Source: Alphaproteobacteria bacterium (GTDB lineage: Bacteria > Pseudomonadota > Alphaproteobacteria > UBA828). From it: a stretch of 64,000 bases of DNA. The position numbers and the translations under genes were made by a program. How positions within the stretch are numbered: the first letter of the stretch is position 1; each line of letters opens with the position of its first letter. Below the pieces are notes generated by a model. That model worked only from the letters and a program-made list of their open reading frames with translations, ran no database searches and had not been told where the DNA came from. The stretch is from positions 96,001-160,000 of the forward strand of contig CAXXVO010000017.1 of the NCBI GenBank assembly GCA_963422645.2, written 5' to 3'. Positions 1-13,215 of this stretch are shown piece after piece.

Positions 1-2
1 AC

Positions 3-359
3 TATCGCGGCACGCCCGTCGCCGTGCATTTCTGGGCCACCTGGTGCTTTCCCTGCCGGGCCGAGATGCCGACCATGGACGCCCTGCAGCGCGAGCTTGG
101 CGATGACCTGGTGATCCTGCCGCTCTCGCTCGACCGCGGCGGCGCCGAGCTCGTGCGCAGGTATTACACGGACCATGACCTGACCACGCTCCCGATCTTC
201 ATCGACGAGAAGATGGCTGCAGGGCGCACGCTCCGGGTGCACGGCATTCCGGCCACGGTCTTCTTCGACGGCGAGGGGGCGGAGGTCGCGCGGGTGCTCG
301 GCGATCGTGACTGGGACGACCCGGACGTGATCGAGCTGGTGCGCCACATCGCCCAGTAG
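3..359 (+). CDS. TlpA-family thiol-disulfide oxidoreductase (5' partial)
   Basis: HFWATWCFPCRAEMP active site and GIPAT cis-Pro motif; frame open to the window edge; next to ccdA. Confidence 0.9.
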   Translation, partial: YRGTPVAVHFWATWCFPCRAEMPTMDALQRELGDDLVILPLSLDRGGAELVRRYYTDHDLTTLPIFIDEKMAAGRTLRVHGIPATVFFDGEGAEVARVLGDRDWDDPDVIELVRHIAQ

Positions 360-399
360 CGACGCGGGCCGGAGCGCAGCCGCCACAGGGCCAGCAAGC

Positions 400-1140
400 A
401 TGGAAATCTCCGCCATCGGCATCGTCTCGGTCTTCGCCGCGGGGCTGATCTCGTTCCTCTCGCCCTGCGTGCTGCCGCTGGTGCCGGGGTACGTCTCCTA
501 CGTCGCCGGCGGCTCGCTGGAGGAGCTGCGGGACGAGGCGGGGCTCTCCCGCCGACGCATGGCCGCGATGATGCTGAGCGCGTTCTTCGTGCTCGGCTTT
601 ACCGCGGTCTTCGTGGCGCTTGGCGCGAGCGCGAGCGCCGTGGGCGGTTTCCTGCTCCAGCACAAGGTGATCTTCGAATATGCCGCAGGCGGGTTGATCA
701 TCGTCTTCGGCATTTACCTCACGGGCCTGGTCAGAATCCCGTTATTCGGGCGCGAGGCGCGCTTCGCCGGTCGTCTCGCGGGCGGCAGGCCGGCGAGCGC
801 GTTCCTGCTCGGCGCCGCCTTCGCCTTCGGCTGGACGCCCTGCATCGGACCGGTGCTGGGTGGCATCCTCACGCTCACCGCGACGTCAGCCGATGTCGGC
901 CGCGGTATCGCCCTGCTGGCGGTCTATTCGCTGGGGCTCGGAGTCCCGTTCCTGATCGCGGCCGCGTTCACCGGCTTCTTCCTCCGCCACATGAGGCGCA
1001 TCCGCAGGGTCAGCAAGCCACTTCAGATCGGCGCCGGTGTCATCATGGTGGCGATGGGTGTCGCGCTGATTACCGGTTACCTCAGCTCGGTCGCCTTCTG
1101 GCTCCTCGAAGCCTTCCCCGCCCTCGCCGCCATCGGTTAG
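400..1140 (+). CDS. ccdA: cytochrome c biogenesis protein CcdA
   Basis: SFLSPCVLPLVPGY and GWTPCIGPVL motifs, multi-TM. Confidence 0.93.
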   Translation: MEISAIGIVSVFAAGLISFLSPCVLPLVPGYVSYVAGGSLEELRDEAGLSRRRMAAMMLSAFFVLGFTAVFVALGASASAVGGFLLQHKVIFEYAAGGLIIVFGIYLTGLVRIPLFGREARFAGRLAGGRPASAFLLGAAFAFGWTPCIGPVLGGILTLTATSADVGRGIALLAVYSLGLGVPFLIAAAFTGFFLRHMRRIRRVSKPLQIGAGVIMVAMGVALITGYLSSVAFWLLEAFPALAAIG

Positions 1141-1209
1141 CCCGTAGTTTCACACGGCTCTTGCGGCCCGCGGTTGTTCGCAAGTCGTGACAGTCTCGAG
1201 AAATGCGGG

Positions 1210-1623
1210 TCAGGCCGTCGAGCGGCCGCGCAGCAAGTCACGCAGGGTGCAGAGCTCGTCGAGGACCCGGGTGGCCTTGGCGCGGTCTTCGGGGCTGAGA
1301 GAGCTTTCCGTCTCGATCCGATCGGGTTCTGCGAGTGCGGCGACGGGTTTCGCCGCCCGCTCGCGCAGCAGCTTCTGCACGCCCCGCACGGTGTATCCTT
1401 CGGCGTGTAGCAGGTGCTGGATGTGCCGCAGCAGCGCCACATCCTCGGGCCGGTAGTATCGCCGGCCGCCGCCCCGCTTGAGCGGCCTGATCTGGGGGAA
1501 TTTGGTCTCCCAGAATCGCAGAACGTGCTGCGGCACGGCAAGCGCCTCCGAGACCTCGCCGATCGTGCGGAATGCGTCCGGCGATTTCGGAACGCCCGCG
1601 TTCGCGGGCTCGGCACCCGGCAT
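1210..1623 (-). CDS. MerR-family transcriptional regulator
   Basis: FRTIGEVS...[27 protein letters not shown]; conserved position after ihfA. Confidence 0.92.
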   Translation of the reverse strand: MPGAEPANAGVPKSPDAFRTIGEVSEALAVPQHVLRFWETKFPQIRPLKRGGGRRYYRPEDVALLRHIQHLLHAEGYTVRGVQKLLRERAAKPVAALAEPDRIETESSLSPEDRAKATRVLDELCTLRDLLRGRSTA

Positions 1624-1626
1624 CGC

Positions 1627-1995
1627 CTAGAAGGAGGCCGGCCCGCCGGGCCGTTCGCTATCCAGGGCCGTTTCCACGCCCTCGCCCTCATCGGCGGGCG
1701 CGAGCGAGCCGTTGATGCGATCCTTCAACACGTGGGAGGCGCGGAAGACCAGGACACGGCGCGGCAGGATGGGCACCTCCTCGCCGGTCTTCGGGTTGCG
1801 GCCGATGCGTTGGCCCTTCATCCGCGCGCTGAAGCTGCCGAAGGAGGAAATCTTCACCGGCTCGCCGCGCGCCAAGGCGTCGGCAATCAAGCCAAGGACG
1901 GATTCAACCAGATCCGCCGATTCCTTGCGCGATAGGCCGATTTCGCGGAAGACAGCCTCGGCGAGATCGGCGCGGGTGACCGTTTGCCCGGCCAT
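1627..1995 (-). CDS. ihfA: integration host factor alpha
   Basis: TVTRADL...VKISSFGSF...[23 protein letters not shown]. Confidence 0.96.
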   Translation of the reverse strand: MAGQTVTRADLAEAVFREIGLSRKESADLVESVLGLIADALARGEPVKISSFGSFSARMKGQRIGRNPKTGEEVPILPRRVLVFRASHVLKDRINGSLAPADEGEGVETALDSERPGGPASF

Positions 1996-2110
1996 TGTCT
2001 CCCGCCTCCCCTTATGTCTGTGTCACGGTACTGCCTTGGCGCCCAAGCGTCAACCGTCGCCCGCAAGCCGAACCGGGGCCCATGCACAATTGTTGGCCCG
2101 GTACAGCGCT

Positions 2111-3082
2111 TTAGAGGCGAATGACGCCGGCGCCCCATACCAGCCCGCCACCGATCGCCTCGATCACCAGCAGGTCGCCCGGCGTAATCCGGCCATCGTC
2201 GATACCAGCCTTGAGCGCGAGCGGGATGGAGGCGGACGAGGTATTGGCGTGGCGGTCCACGGTCACGATCGTCTTTTCCGCGGGGATTCCGAGCTTCTTG
2301 CCGGTCGCGTCGATGATCCGGCGGTTCGCCTGGTGAGGCACCAGCCAGTCGACCTCGTCGGCGCCGACGCCAGCGGCATCCAGCGCCTCGCCCGCGATCT
2401 CCGCCAGATTGGCCACGGCATGGCGAAAGACCTCGCGCCCCTGCATTCTCAGATAGCCGGAGGTCTGGGTGGAGGAAACGCCGCCGTCCACATAGAGCGC
2501 CTGGTAGTGGCGCCCGTCGGAGCGCATGCGAACCGCGAGCACGCCCCGGTCCGCCGTGGTTCCGGCGCCTGGCTCCGCGTGCAGCACGGCGGCGCCTGCA
2601 CCGTCGCCGAAGAGCACGCAGGTCTGGCGGTCGTCCCAGTCGAGGATGCGCGAATAGGTCTCGGCGCCGATGATGAGCGCCGTCTCAGCAGCGCCGCTGC
2701 GGACCATGCTGTCGGCCACCGAGAGCGCGCAGACGAAGCCCGCGCACACGGCCTGGACGTCGAAGGCGATGCCGCCGGTCATGCCGAGCCTGGCCTGCAC
2801 CTTGGTCGCGGTGGCGGGAAAGGTGTTGTCCGGTGTCGACGTCGCCAGCACCAGCAGATCCAGCGCCTCGGCCCGCACGCCGGCCGCCTCCAGCGCCGCT
2901 TGGCTGGCCTCATAAGCGAGATCGGAGGTCAGCTGGTCATCGGCGGCGACATGGCGCTGCCTGATGCCGGTGCGGGTCTTGATCCACTCGTCGCTGGTGT
3001 CGATGCGCGTGCTGAGCTCTTCGTTGCTGAGCACGCGCTCAGGGAGGTAGGCGCCGCAACCGACCAGCCGGGAGCGGCGCAT
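2111..3082 (-). CDS. fabH: beta-ketoacyl-ACP synthase III
   Basis: [37 protein letters not shown] motifs. Confidence 0.97.
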   Translation of the reverse strand: MRRSRLVGCGAYLPERVLSNEELSTRIDTSDEWIKTRTGIRQRHVAADDQLTSDLAYEASQAALEAAGVRAEALDLLVLATSTPDNTFPATATKVQARLGMTGGIAFDVQAVCAGFVCALSVADSMVRSGAAETALIIGAETYSRILDWDDRQTCVLFGDGAGAAVLHAEPGAGTTADRGVLAVRMRSDGRHYQALYVDGGVSSTQTSGYLRMQGREVFRHAVANLAEIAGEALDAAGVGADEVDWLVPHQANRRIIDATGKKLGIPAEKTIVTVDRHANTSSASIPLALKAGIDDGRITPGDLLVIEAIGGGLVWGAGVIRL

Positions 3083-3084
3083 GG

Positions 3085-4137
3085 CTAGAGCGCGGCCCTC
3101 TTCGGCTCCGGCAGGGCGGCGAGTTGGAGGCGCGACAGCTCCTCGATGATCTTGGGATTGATCCCTTGGCTCACCATGTCGAAGGCGACGCCGATGGCGT
3201 TGGCAAAGCCCTTGTGATCGGTGCCGCCGTGGCTCTTCACCACGACCCCGTTGACGCCCAGGAACATCGCGCCGTTATAGGCGCGGGGGTCAACCCGCTC
3301 CCGCAGCAGGCGCAGCGCCGGCCGCGCCAGCAGGTAGCCGAGGCGCGAGAAAAGCGAACGCCGGAAGGCGCTCTTCAGATACTCGGTGTAGAGGCGCGCC
3401 GTGCCCTCGGCCGACTTGAGCGCGATGTTGCCGGCAAAGCCATCGGTGGCGATCACATCGACCGTGCCGGCCGCGATGTCATCGGCCTCGACGAAGCCGT
3501 GGAACTTGATGGGCAGGCCGGAATTCCGCAGCGTTGCAGCGGCGGTGCGGATGGTCTCCGAGCCCTTCAACTCCTCGGTGCCGATGTTGAGCAGGCCCAC
3601 GGTCGGCTCGCGAACGCCGAGGACGTTGCGTGCGAAGACCTCGCCCATCACCGCGAACTGCGCGAGCACCGTCGAATCGCAGTCGATATTGGCGCCGAGA
3701 TCGAGCATCACGCTCTCGCCCCGCACCGTGGGCACGATCGACCCCATCGCAGGGCGCCCGATGCCCGGCAGGGTCTTGAGCATGATCTTGGCCAGCGCCA
3801 TCAGCGCGCCGGTGTTTCCCGCCGAGACCACGCCGTGTGCCGCGTTCTCGCCCACGGCGTCGATGGCGAGCCGCATGCTCGAGCCCTGGCGCCGGCGCAG
3901 CGCCTGGACCGGCTTGTCGTCGTCGGCGATCACCTCCTCGGCATGGTGGACGGTGCTCACCGACTTCAGGCGCTTGAACTTCTCCAGGCCCGCGGCGATA
4001 GCCGACTCCTTGCCGAAGAACATAAAGCGGAGCTGGGGATGGCGCACACGGGCGATGTTGGCGCCCCGGATCACCACGTCGGGAGCCCCGTCTCCGCCCA
4101 TCGCATCGAGGGCGATCACGATCTCCGATTTGTTCAT
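3085..4137 (-). CDS. plsX: phosphate acyltransferase PlsX
   Basis: [26 protein letters not shown] motifs. Confidence 0.97.
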   Translation of the reverse strand: MNKSEIVIALDAMGGDGAPDVVIRGANIARVRHPQLRFMFFGKESAIAAGLEKFKRLKSVSTVHHAEEVIADDDKPVQALRRRQGSSMRLAIDAVGENAAHGVVSAGNTGALMALAKIMLKTLPGIGRPAMGSIVPTVRGESVMLDLGANIDCDSTVLAQFAVMGEVFARNVLGVREPTVGLLNIGTEELKGSETIRTAAATLRNSGLPIKFHGFVEADDIAAGTVDVIATDGFAGNIALKSAEGTARLYTEYLKSAFRRSLFSRLGYLLARPALRLLRERVDPRAYNGAMFLGVNGVVVKSHGGTDHKGFANAIGVAFDMVSQGINPKIIEELSRLQLAALPEPKRAAL

Positions 4138-4168
4138 CCGCGGGCCTTCGCCTCGGCCTGGTGTTCGG

Positions 4169-4348
4169 CTAGGCCTCGCCCTCGATCACCTCGCGGCCCC
4201 TGTAGTAGCCGCAGGCCCGACACACATGGTGGGGCAGCTTGTGCTCGCCGCAATTGGGGCACTCCCCCAGGTTGGCCTTCGCCAATCCGTCATGGGAGCG
4301 ACGGCTCCCGCGCCGCGCACGGGATACTTTCTTTTTTGGGACAGCCAT
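4169..4348 (-). CDS. rpmF: 50S ribosomal protein L32 (not in ORF track)
   Basis: Manual translation [20 protein letters not shown]...[30 protein letters not shown]; between yceD and plsX. Confidence 0.96.
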   Translation of the reverse strand: MAVPKKKVSRARRGSRRSHDGLAKANLGECPNCGEHKLPHHVCRACGYYRGREVIEGEA

Positions 4349-4442
4349 GGACAGCTTCTCACCGCTTGATTGTGCCGGCGCTGCGCTCTCGCCTCAGCAG
4401 AATCGCGCCAGCCGCGCCGGCACTACACGATCGACTCGCACA

Positions 4443-5015
4443 TTACAACTTGCTTTTCAATTGGCCAAGCGCCGCGAAGGGTCCAGCGCCTCCGTCGTCG
4501 CCCGATGTGTCCTTTTTGGGCCCATCTTCGCCTGCCGTGTAGGTGAGCGGATCGGCCGGCGCATCCGGGTGGCGCGGATAGGGGTCGAGGAGGAGCGCAA
4601 GATGCTCCGCCACCACCTCGCCCACGTGGATTCCCTCCTCCGGCAGCGGCTCGGCCTCGTCGCCCTCCGCCAACACCTCGACCTCTTGCGCGGGCTGATC
4701 GGCAGGCAAGGGCGCGTAGAGGGCCGAGATGGACTCGCTTACCCTTCGGGGCACGGGCTCAAGCGTCACGACGCAGCTCTGAACCAACCCCGCCCGGATA
4801 ATCCCGGTCACACGGATTGCCCCTTTGGCCTCGTCGGCCACCTCAAAGCGGAGCTGCGCCGAGAGCGCCTCCAACGATACCAGGTCGAGACGGCGCGCGA
4901 GCGCCGCCTTCTCCTCTGCATCGGCCTCGAACGCAATGGTGAGGCCCCGCGGGCCCACCTCGTCCGCTGCGATCAGGCGCCGGCCCCCGGCTCCGGCGCG
5001 AGCGGCGGCGCTCAC
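4443..5015 (-). CDS. YceD/DUF177 family protein
   Basis: QSCVVTLEPV, LALLLDPYPR, GPFAALGQLK; upstream of rpmF. Confidence 0.9.
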   Translation of the reverse strand: MSAAARAGAGGRRLIAADEVGPRGLTIAFEADAEEKAALARRLDLVSLEALSAQLRFEVADEAKGAIRVTGIIRAGLVQSCVVTLEPVPRRVSESISALYAPLPADQPAQEVEVLAEGDEAEPLPEEGIHVGEVVAEHLALLLDPYPRHPDAPADPLTYTAGEDGPKKDTSGDDGGAGPFAALGQLKSKL

Positions 5016-5602
5016 TGGCCACCCTCCTCGGCAGCGGCCAGCGGAGGCACCGGCGGCAGTCCAACCTCGCCACCGAGCAGCGCCGCGGGACTGTGATCGT
5101 CGAGCGCGTCCAGCAGCGTCTCGACATAGCCGGCCATCGCCTGCACGCGTGCGGCGGGCGGCGGCACGTTGTTGAAGACGTTGCGCTCAAGCGCCTCGGC
5201 GATGGCGCGGCGGCGCTTCGCCCCCGGCGCCTGGTCGAAGGCCTGGTCGTAGGCCTTGGCGCGCCCGTAGAAGGCACGCGCCATCTGCTTCACCCGCTTG
5301 CCAACGCGCAGATCGCCGACACCCATTTCCCGCAGGCTCTGATCCATGTCGTCGAACATCACGTCGAAGAGCGCCTGGCTCAGCTGCCGGCCCGCGTCGT
5401 CGCACTGGCGCAGCCTGCGCATCAGCGGCACGACGTGCAGGACGATCAGATCGAAGCGGCCGTCGAGCGTGTCCGCGACCCCGCCCTCGGTGTAGAGGAT
5501 CGGCTGACGCGCCTGACGCACCGCCGCCGTGTAGAGACGGCGGGCCGCCTCGCGCCGGCGCTTGCGCCCCTTCAGATGGCGCCAGAGGCGCACGACTGCC
5601 AT
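5012..5602 (-). CDS. ubiquinol-cytochrome c chaperone (Cbp3-like)
   Basis: VADTLDGRFDLIVLH, DMDQSLREMGVGDL, FYGRAKAY; start ATG 5602 inferred. Confidence 0.9.
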   Translation of the reverse strand: MAVVRLWRHLKGRKRRREAARRLYTAAVRQARQPILYTEGGVADTLDGRFDLIVLHVVPLMRRLRQCDDAGRQLSQALFDVMFDDMDQSLREMGVGDLRVGKRVKQMARAFYGRAKAYDQAFDQAPGAKRRRAIAEALERNVFNNVPPPAARVQAMAGYVETLLDALDDHSPAALLGGEVGLPPVPPLAAAEEGGQ

Positions 5603-5685
5603 GACGATCCCTCGCCCCCGACCCCGCGTAACCCGTTGACACGCCCCGGCAACGCGCGCAGTTTGGCGCGGCTCGGCGAACGGAG

Positions 5686-6186
5686 GTGGCGTCCATGAGG
5701 CATCGGCGCGGTCATGCTGAATTCGTCCCGGCGCGCGGGCGAGGCCGGCGCGCCCGGCGCATGGTTCTCGGCTGCGCCCTGGCGGCGGCCCTGCTCGCCG
5801 GCTGCGCACCGATCGTCCACCAGCAAGGCCACATCCGCAACGCGGAAGTGCTGGCCCAGATCGAGCCCGGCGAGCAGACCCGCGAAGAGGTCGCACGACT
5901 GCTGGGCACGCCGTCGGCGGTGGGGACGTTCGACGCCAAGCGCTGGTACTACATCAGCCGCCGGACTGAGACGACGGCGTTTTACGAACCCGAGCTGGTC
6001 GACCAGAGCGTGACCGTGATCGCCTTCGACGAAAACGGTGTCGTGGCGGAGGTCGCCTCGGTGTCGATCGAAGAGGCGCGCGCGATCGCGCCGGTCGAGG
6101 AGGAGAGCCCGACGCGCGGCCGCGAGCTCAGCTTCTTCGAGCAGATCTTCGGCAACATCGGCCGGCCGGTCGCGACCAACCAGTAG
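5686..6186 (+). CDS. bamE: outer membrane assembly lipoprotein BamE (start may be 5761)
   Basis: lipobox LAGC, TREEVARLLGTPS, WYYIS, LSFFEQIFGNIGR. Confidence 0.92.
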   Translation: MASMRHRRGHAEFVPARGRGRRARRMVLGCALAAALLAGCAPIVHQQGHIRNAEVLAQIEPGEQTREEVARLLGTPSAVGTFDAKRWYYISRRTETTAFYEPELVDQSVTVIAFDENGVVAEVASVSIEEARAIAPVEEESPTRGRELSFFEQIFGNIGRPVATNQ

Positions 6187-6227
6187 GACGCCTCCTTCCG
6201 TCGCTCCCCCTTCGGCGCTCAGGCGCA

Positions 6228-8321
<2,094 letters not shown>

Positions 8322-8588
8322 GGTGGCAACCTCATTGAGCGATGGGGAGAAAGGCGCGTGTGCGCGCAGTAACGCACGCCGGGGCGGCCCCGCCGGCGCG
8401 GCGGAAATTAGAAGAAGAGCGCGGCGAGCGCAACCTGAGTAGCGCAGACGCGTCGCTCGGCAGCCTACGGGCCTGAGCATAGGATGAACCGGGCAGCAAA
8501 GCGGACCGGAGCGCGCGACTGCGCGCCGCGCCGAACGGCGCGTAGCCAAGCAAGCGGAGCGCGCGCCCGGCGACTGAGGGAAATGAAC

Positions 8589-10476
8589 GTAACTGCCCAG
8601 GTCGTCTGATTTGTCATTTTGGGCCAGTGGATTGAGGCGTTTCTCGTTCGGAGTTGGTGGAAAGGGCTTGACGGGAATTTCGGGAAATGACTCAACAACG
8701 ACATGAGCAATCCCGAGTCGCCGCGCGGCCCTTCGACGGGAGCAGCGCCCGAAACGCCCGCGCAGAAGATCGCCCGCCTGGAGGAGGAGAACGCCCGGCT
8801 TCGGGAGGAAAATGCCTGGCTTCGGCAGCAGAACGCGCGGCTGGAAGAGCAAGTCGCGCGTCTCGTCGAGCGCATCGAGGAGTTGGAGCGCCGTCTCGGC
8901 CTCAACAGCGGCAACAGCGGCAAGCCGCCTTCGAGCGATGGGCTGAGGAAGCCGAATTCGAAGCGGCGAACCCGAAGCCTGCGCGGCAAATCGGGCCGCA
9001 AGCCCGGTGGCCAGCCCGGCCACAAGGGCAAGACGCTGCGCCGCGCCGATCACCCGGATCGGGTGAAGGATCACGTCCCGGCTTCCTGCAAGGGATGCGG
9101 TTCGCCGCTTTCGGACGCGGCCAGGGCGGGAACGCCCGTCGCCCGCCAGGTGTTCGATCTGCCCGAGCCGAGCCCCCTGGAGGTGACCGAGCACCGGGCG
9201 CATGCCAAGTGCTGCGGGCATTGCGGGACGGTGACCCGGGCGGCGTTCCCCGACGGGGTGTCGGCGCCGGTGCAGTACGGCCCGCGCATTGCCGGGGTGG
9301 CGGTCTACCTTCAGCACGCTCACTTCCTGCCGGAGGATCGGCTGTCGCAGGTGATGGCCGAGCTCTTCGGCGCGCCGGTGACGGCTGCGACGTTGGCGAC
9401 GATGAGCGAGAGGGCGGCCGAGCGGCTGCGGGACGCGGCCTTGCACATACAGGACCTGGCGGCGGGCACGGCGCGGGTGAAACACATGGACGAGACCGGC
9501 TTGCGGATCGGCGGTCAGACGCAGTGGCTTCATGTGATCTGCACGCCGCTGCTGGCGGCGTACCGGGTCAGCGGCAAGCGCGGCGCCCTGCTCTCGGGTG
9601 TCTCCGGCATCGTCGTGCACGATCACTGGAAGCCGTACTTCGCGATGGAAGGGGTGGAGCACGGCCTGTGCAACGCCCATCACCTGCGGGAGTTGCAGGC
9701 GCTGGTGGACATCGAAGGGGAGGCTTGGGCCCGGCGGATGCAGCAGCTCCTGCGCCGAGCCAATCGCGCCGCCCGCATCGCGCTGGACAAGGATATCGCC
9801 GTTCCGGCGAGGCTTGTGGCGCTGATCGAGCGCCGATACGACGAGATCATCGCCGATGCGCTGGCCTTTCACGAGAGCCAACCACCGTTCTCGCCTGGCA
9901 AGAGGAAGAAGCGCCGGAAGCGAAGGATCGGTCACAATCCGGCCTTGAGGCTGCGCGACCACAAATGCGCGGTGCTCCGGTTCCTGATCGACCTCGAGGT
10001 CGGGTTCACGAACAACGAGGCCGAGCGCGACCTTCGGATGATGAAGCTGCGCCAGAAGATCTCCGGGGGCTTCCGGTCCGCGCAGGGGGCCGAGAACTTC
10101 GCCATCCTGCGCAGCGTCATCACCACCGCCAGAAAGCAGGGCTGGAATATCATCGAAGCCCTGACCAGCCCATCGGATCGGCTCATCGCCACCGTCAAGT
10201 GCGCGTAAGCTCACCTGGCACGGGTTCTCCAACAGCGGAGCCATTCTCATAAACGATCATGGTCGACGCCGTGCTGGACCACCCCATAGAATGAAAATCG
10301 GTGCCCGTCGCGCGGGCGGACTTCGGGCCACATCGGGGTAGCTTACCGGTCGCAGTCCGCAAGAGGGGCATCGTGAGCTGTGAAACCCGGCGACCACAGA
10401 GGAGCACACGGGCGTCGCGTGGGTAGCGTTGTGCCGAATCCCAGAGAATTTTCACAGCAAGAACCTGGGCAGTTAC
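8589..10476 (+). mobile_element. IS66-family element, single-ORF (ISBst12-like), copy 1, 1888 bp
   Basis: 14-bp TIR GTAACTGCCCAGGT at both ends; 8-bp TSD AAATGAAC at 8581-8588 and 10477-10484. Confidence 0.95.
8703..10208 (+). CDS. tnpC: IS66 transposase TnpC
   Basis: leucine zipper, [12 protein letters not shown], Cys zinc finger, [29 protein letters not shown]. Confidence 0.95.
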   Translation: MSNPESPRGPSTGAAPETPAQKIARLEEENARLREENAWLRQQNARLEEQVARLVERIEELERRLGLNSGNSGKPPSSDGLRKPNSKRRTRSLRGKSGRKPGGQPGHKGKTLRRADHPDRVKDHVPASCKGCGSPLSDAARAGTPVARQVFDLPEPSPLEVTEHRAHAKCCGHCGTVTRAAFPDGVSAPVQYGPRIAGVAVYLQHAHFLPEDRLSQVMAELFGAPVTAATLATMSERAAERLRDAALHIQDLAAGTARVKHMDETGLRIGGQTQWLHVICTPLLAAYRVSGKRGALLSGVSGIVVHDHWKPYFAMEGVEHGLCNAHHLRELQALVDIEGEAWARRMQQLLRRANRAARIALDKDIAVPARLVALIERRYDEIIADALAFHESQPPFSPGKRKKRRKRRIGHNPALRLRDHKCAVLRFLIDLEVGFTNNEAERDLRMMKLRQKISGGFRSAQGAENFAILRSVITTARKQGWNIIEALTSPSDRLIATVKCA

Positions 10477-10554
10477 AAATGAACAGGGCCCCGGGCTGGT
10501 ACAGCCCGGGGCCGCTGGTATAGTGCGCGCGGTTTCAGACCCGGGAGAGGACGA

Positions 10555-11409
10555 ATGAAGCTGTTGCGTGTGGGCGAGGCAGGCGCCGAGCGGCCGGCCG
10601 TGATGCTGGATGACGGAACCATCATCGACGTATCGAGCGCGGTCGGCGAGATCGACGGCGCCTGGCTCGATAGCGGCGGCGTGGACCGGCTGGCAAAGAC
10701 CTTGTCCGAAGGCACCGATCGCTTCCCCAGCGTCGACCCCGGCACACGGATCGGCCCGCCGGTGGCGCGGCCCGGCCATATCATCGCCATCGGCCTCAAC
10801 TATGCCGACCACGCCAAGGAAGCCGGCATGGACCTGCCGACGGAGCCGATCATCTTCACCAAGGCGCCGAGCTCCTACAGCGGGCCGGACGACGACGTGC
10901 TGATCCCGCGCGGCAGTACGGAGACGGACTGGGAGGTGGAGCTCGGGGTGGTAATCGGCCGCACGGCTGAGTACCTGCCGGACGAGGACACGGCGATGGG
11001 CCACGTCGCCGGCTACTGCATCTGCAACGACGTCTCCGAGCGGGACTTCCAGCTCCGGCACGGCCCCACATGGGTCAAGGGCAAGTCGGCCCGGACCTTC
11101 TGCCCCACCGGCCCGTGGCTGGTCACGCGCGATGAGGTTCCCGACCCGCAAAGCCTCGCCATGTCGCTCACGGTCAGCGGCGAGGTGCGCCAGAGCGGCA
11201 CCACCGCCACGATGATCTTCGGCGTCGCTCACCTCGTCTGGTATGCCAGCCAATTCATGGTGCTGGAGGCGGGCGATCTGATTGCGACAGGGACCCCGCC
11301 CGGCGTCGGCATGGGCATGAAGCCGCCGGTCTTCCTCAAGCCGGGCGACGTGATGGAGCTCGAGATCGAGAGCCTCGGCCGCCAGCGGCAGACGCTGCGC
11401 CAAGCGTAA
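10555..11409 (+). CDS. fumarylacetoacetate hydrolase family protein
   Basis: IGLNYADHAKE, DWEVEL, NDVSERDFQ, TGTPPGVG. Confidence 0.93.
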   Translation: MKLLRVGEAGAERPAVMLDDGTIIDVSSAVGEIDGAWLDSGGVDRLAKTLSEGTDRFPSVDPGTRIGPPVARPGHIIAIGLNYADHAKEAGMDLPTEPIIFTKAPSSYSGPDDDVLIPRGSTETDWEVELGVVIGRTAEYLPDEDTAMGHVAGYCICNDVSERDFQLRHGPTWVKGKSARTFCPTGPWLVTRDEVPDPQSLAMSLTVSGEVRQSGTTATMIFGVAHLVWYASQFMVLEAGDLIATGTPPGVGMGMKPPVFLKPGDVMELEIESLGRQRQTLRQA

Positions 11410-11419
11410 GCAGCGCCGA

Positions 11420-11448
11420 TTGACAGGGGTGCGGGCGCTCCCTATGGT
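11420..11448 (+). promoter_or_regulatory. sigma70-like promoter of rpmJ
   Basis: TTGACA-N17-TATGGT, ending 26 bp before the ATG. Confidence 0.65.
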
Positions 11449-11474
11449 GCGCCGCCCCTCGAAGAGAGGATGAG

Positions 11475-11600
11475 ATGAAGGTCTTCAACTCGCTGCGCGC
11501 CGCCAAGAATCGCCACAAGGATTGCCAGATCGTGCGCCGCAAGGGCCGCGTCCTGGTCATCAACAAGCGCAACCCGCGCTTCAAGGCGCGCCAGGGCTGA
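11475..11600 (+). CDS. rpmJ: 50S ribosomal protein L36, type B (not in ORF track)
   Basis: Manual translation [41 protein letters not shown]. Confidence 0.95.
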   Translation: MKVFNSLRAAKNRHKDCQIVRRKGRVLVINKRNPRFKARQG

Positions 11601-11724
11601 CCGCGCCCGGTCGCTTCGGCCGATCCAGCACAGCGCCGGCTCGGATTGACGAGCGGCGCGCGCGCACCGACAATCCGCCACGCTCACAAGGGAGGGTCCA
11701 CGCCGGGTCCCGAAAGGTGCTGCC

Positions 11725-13215
11725 GTGATCGCCATGCCTGAGCCCGATGCGGGCGTCATCAGCCAGCGCCAGTCTCTGGTTGCGGCGCTGCACAAGCTGC
11801 TGCCCGCGGACTGCGTGATCGACGACGAGCGCGGGCTTCGCCCCTTCGAGTGCGACGGCCTCAGCGCTTACCGGTCGTTGCCGATGGTCGTCGTGCTGCC
11901 GCGCGATACGCGCGAGGTCAGTCGCGTGCTCTCGCTTTGCCACGAGCGGGGCGTCAAGATCGTGCCGCGCGGTGCCGGCACCGGGCTTTCGGGCGGCGCG
12001 CTGCCGCTCGCCGACGGGGTCACCGTGGGCCTCGGCAAACTCAACCAGGTCCTCGCAATCGACACCGCCAACCGCTGCGCCGTGGTCCAGCCTGGTGTCG
12101 CCAATCTCGCCATCAGTACGGCAGTCAGCCCCTATGGCTTCTACTATGCGCCGGACCCCTCCAGCCAGATCGCCTGCTCGATCGGGGGCAATGTCGCGGA
12201 GAATTCCGGCGGCGTGCACTGCCTCAAATACGGGCTCACCACCAATAATCTGCTCGGCGTCGAGATGGTGCTGATGGACGGCGAGGTCCTGCGCCTCGGC
12301 GGCAAGCAGTTCGACGCCGAGGGCTACGATCTGCTCGGCGTGGTGACCGGCTCCGAGGGGCTGCTCGGCGTCGTGACCGAGGTGACGGTCCGGCTGCTCC
12401 CCAAGCCCGCCACGGTGCGCGCGTTGCTGCTCGGGTTCCCCGACAACGCGTCGGCCGGTGCTTGCGTGGGTGAGATCATCGCCGCCGGGATCATTCCGGC
12501 CGGGCTGGAAATGATGGACAAGCCGGCGATCGAAGCGGCGGAAGCCTTCTGCCAGGCCGGCTATCCCATGGACGTCGCGTCGATCCTGATCTGCGAGCTG
12601 GACGGGCCCGAGGTGGAGGTCGACGAGCTCGTCGCCCTGGTCGGAGACCTCGCCCGCAAGTCGGGCGCGACGACGATCCGCACGAGCAGGGACGAGGCGG
12701 AGCGGGAACGCTTCTGGCTCGGCCGCAAGTCCGCCTTCGGCGCCGCTGGCCGCATGGCGCCCGACTACTACGTCATGGACGGCACGATTCCCCGCGCGCG
12801 CCTGCCCGAAGTCCTGACCCGGATCGGCGAACTTTCACGCGAATACGATCTGCCCGTCGCAAACGTCTTCCACGCGGGCGACGGCAACCTGCATCCGCTC
12901 ATCATGTACGATTCCAGCATCCCCGGCGCCCTGCAGCGCACCGAGGAGATGGGCTCGGAGATCCTCAGGCTCTGCGTCGAGGTGGGCGGCGTGCTCACCG
13001 GCGAGCACGGTGTCGGCGTTGAGAAGCGCGACCTGATGGGCACGATGTTCACCGACGACGACCTCAAGCAGCAGCAGCGGATCAAGTGTGCCTTCGATCC
13101 GGACCAGCTGCTCAACCCGGGAAAGGTCTTCCCAACGCTCCACCGCTGCGCCGAGCTCGGCCAGATGCACGTCCACCGCGGCGAGACGCCGTTCCCCGAC
13201 CTGCCCCGCTTCTGA
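11725..13215 (+). CDS. glcD: glycolate oxidase FAD subunit GlcD
   Basis: PRGAGTGLSGG, YAPDPSSQIACSIGGN, HAGDGNLHP, GEHGVGVEK. Confidence 0.94.
   Translation: MIAMPEPDAGVISQRQSLVAALHKLLPADCVIDDERGLRPFECDGLSAYRSLPMVVVLPRDTREVSRVLSLCHERGVKIVPRGAGTGLSGGALPLADGVTVGLGKLNQVLAIDTANRCAVVQPGVANLAISTAVSPYGFYYAPDPSSQIACSIGGNVAENSGGVHCLKYGLTTNNLLGVEMVLMDGEVLRLGGKQFDAEGYDLLGVVTGSEGLLGVVTEVTVRLLPKPATVRALLLGFPDNASAGACVGEIIAAGIIPAGLEMMDKPAIEAAEAFCQAGYPMDVASILICELDGPEVEVDELVALVGDLARKSGATTIRTSRDEAERERFWLGRKSAFGAAGRMAPDYYVMDGTIPRARLPEVLTRIGELSREYDLPVANVFHAGDGNLHPLIMYDSSIPGALQRTEEMGSEILRLCVEVGGVLTGEHGVGVEKRDLMGTMFTDDDLKQQQRIKCAFDPDQLLNPGKVFPTLHRCAELGQMHVHRGETPFPDLPRF

Noticed and set aside
1141-1209. tRNA-Pro often found after ihfA-merR
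   Set aside because: No cloverleaf or T-loop visible; I recognised no tRNA or rRNA anywhere in the window
11475-11600. Zn-free L36 as a Zur-regulated paralogue
   Set aside because: Type B L36 is the usual alphaproteobacterial form and no Zur box was seen upstream
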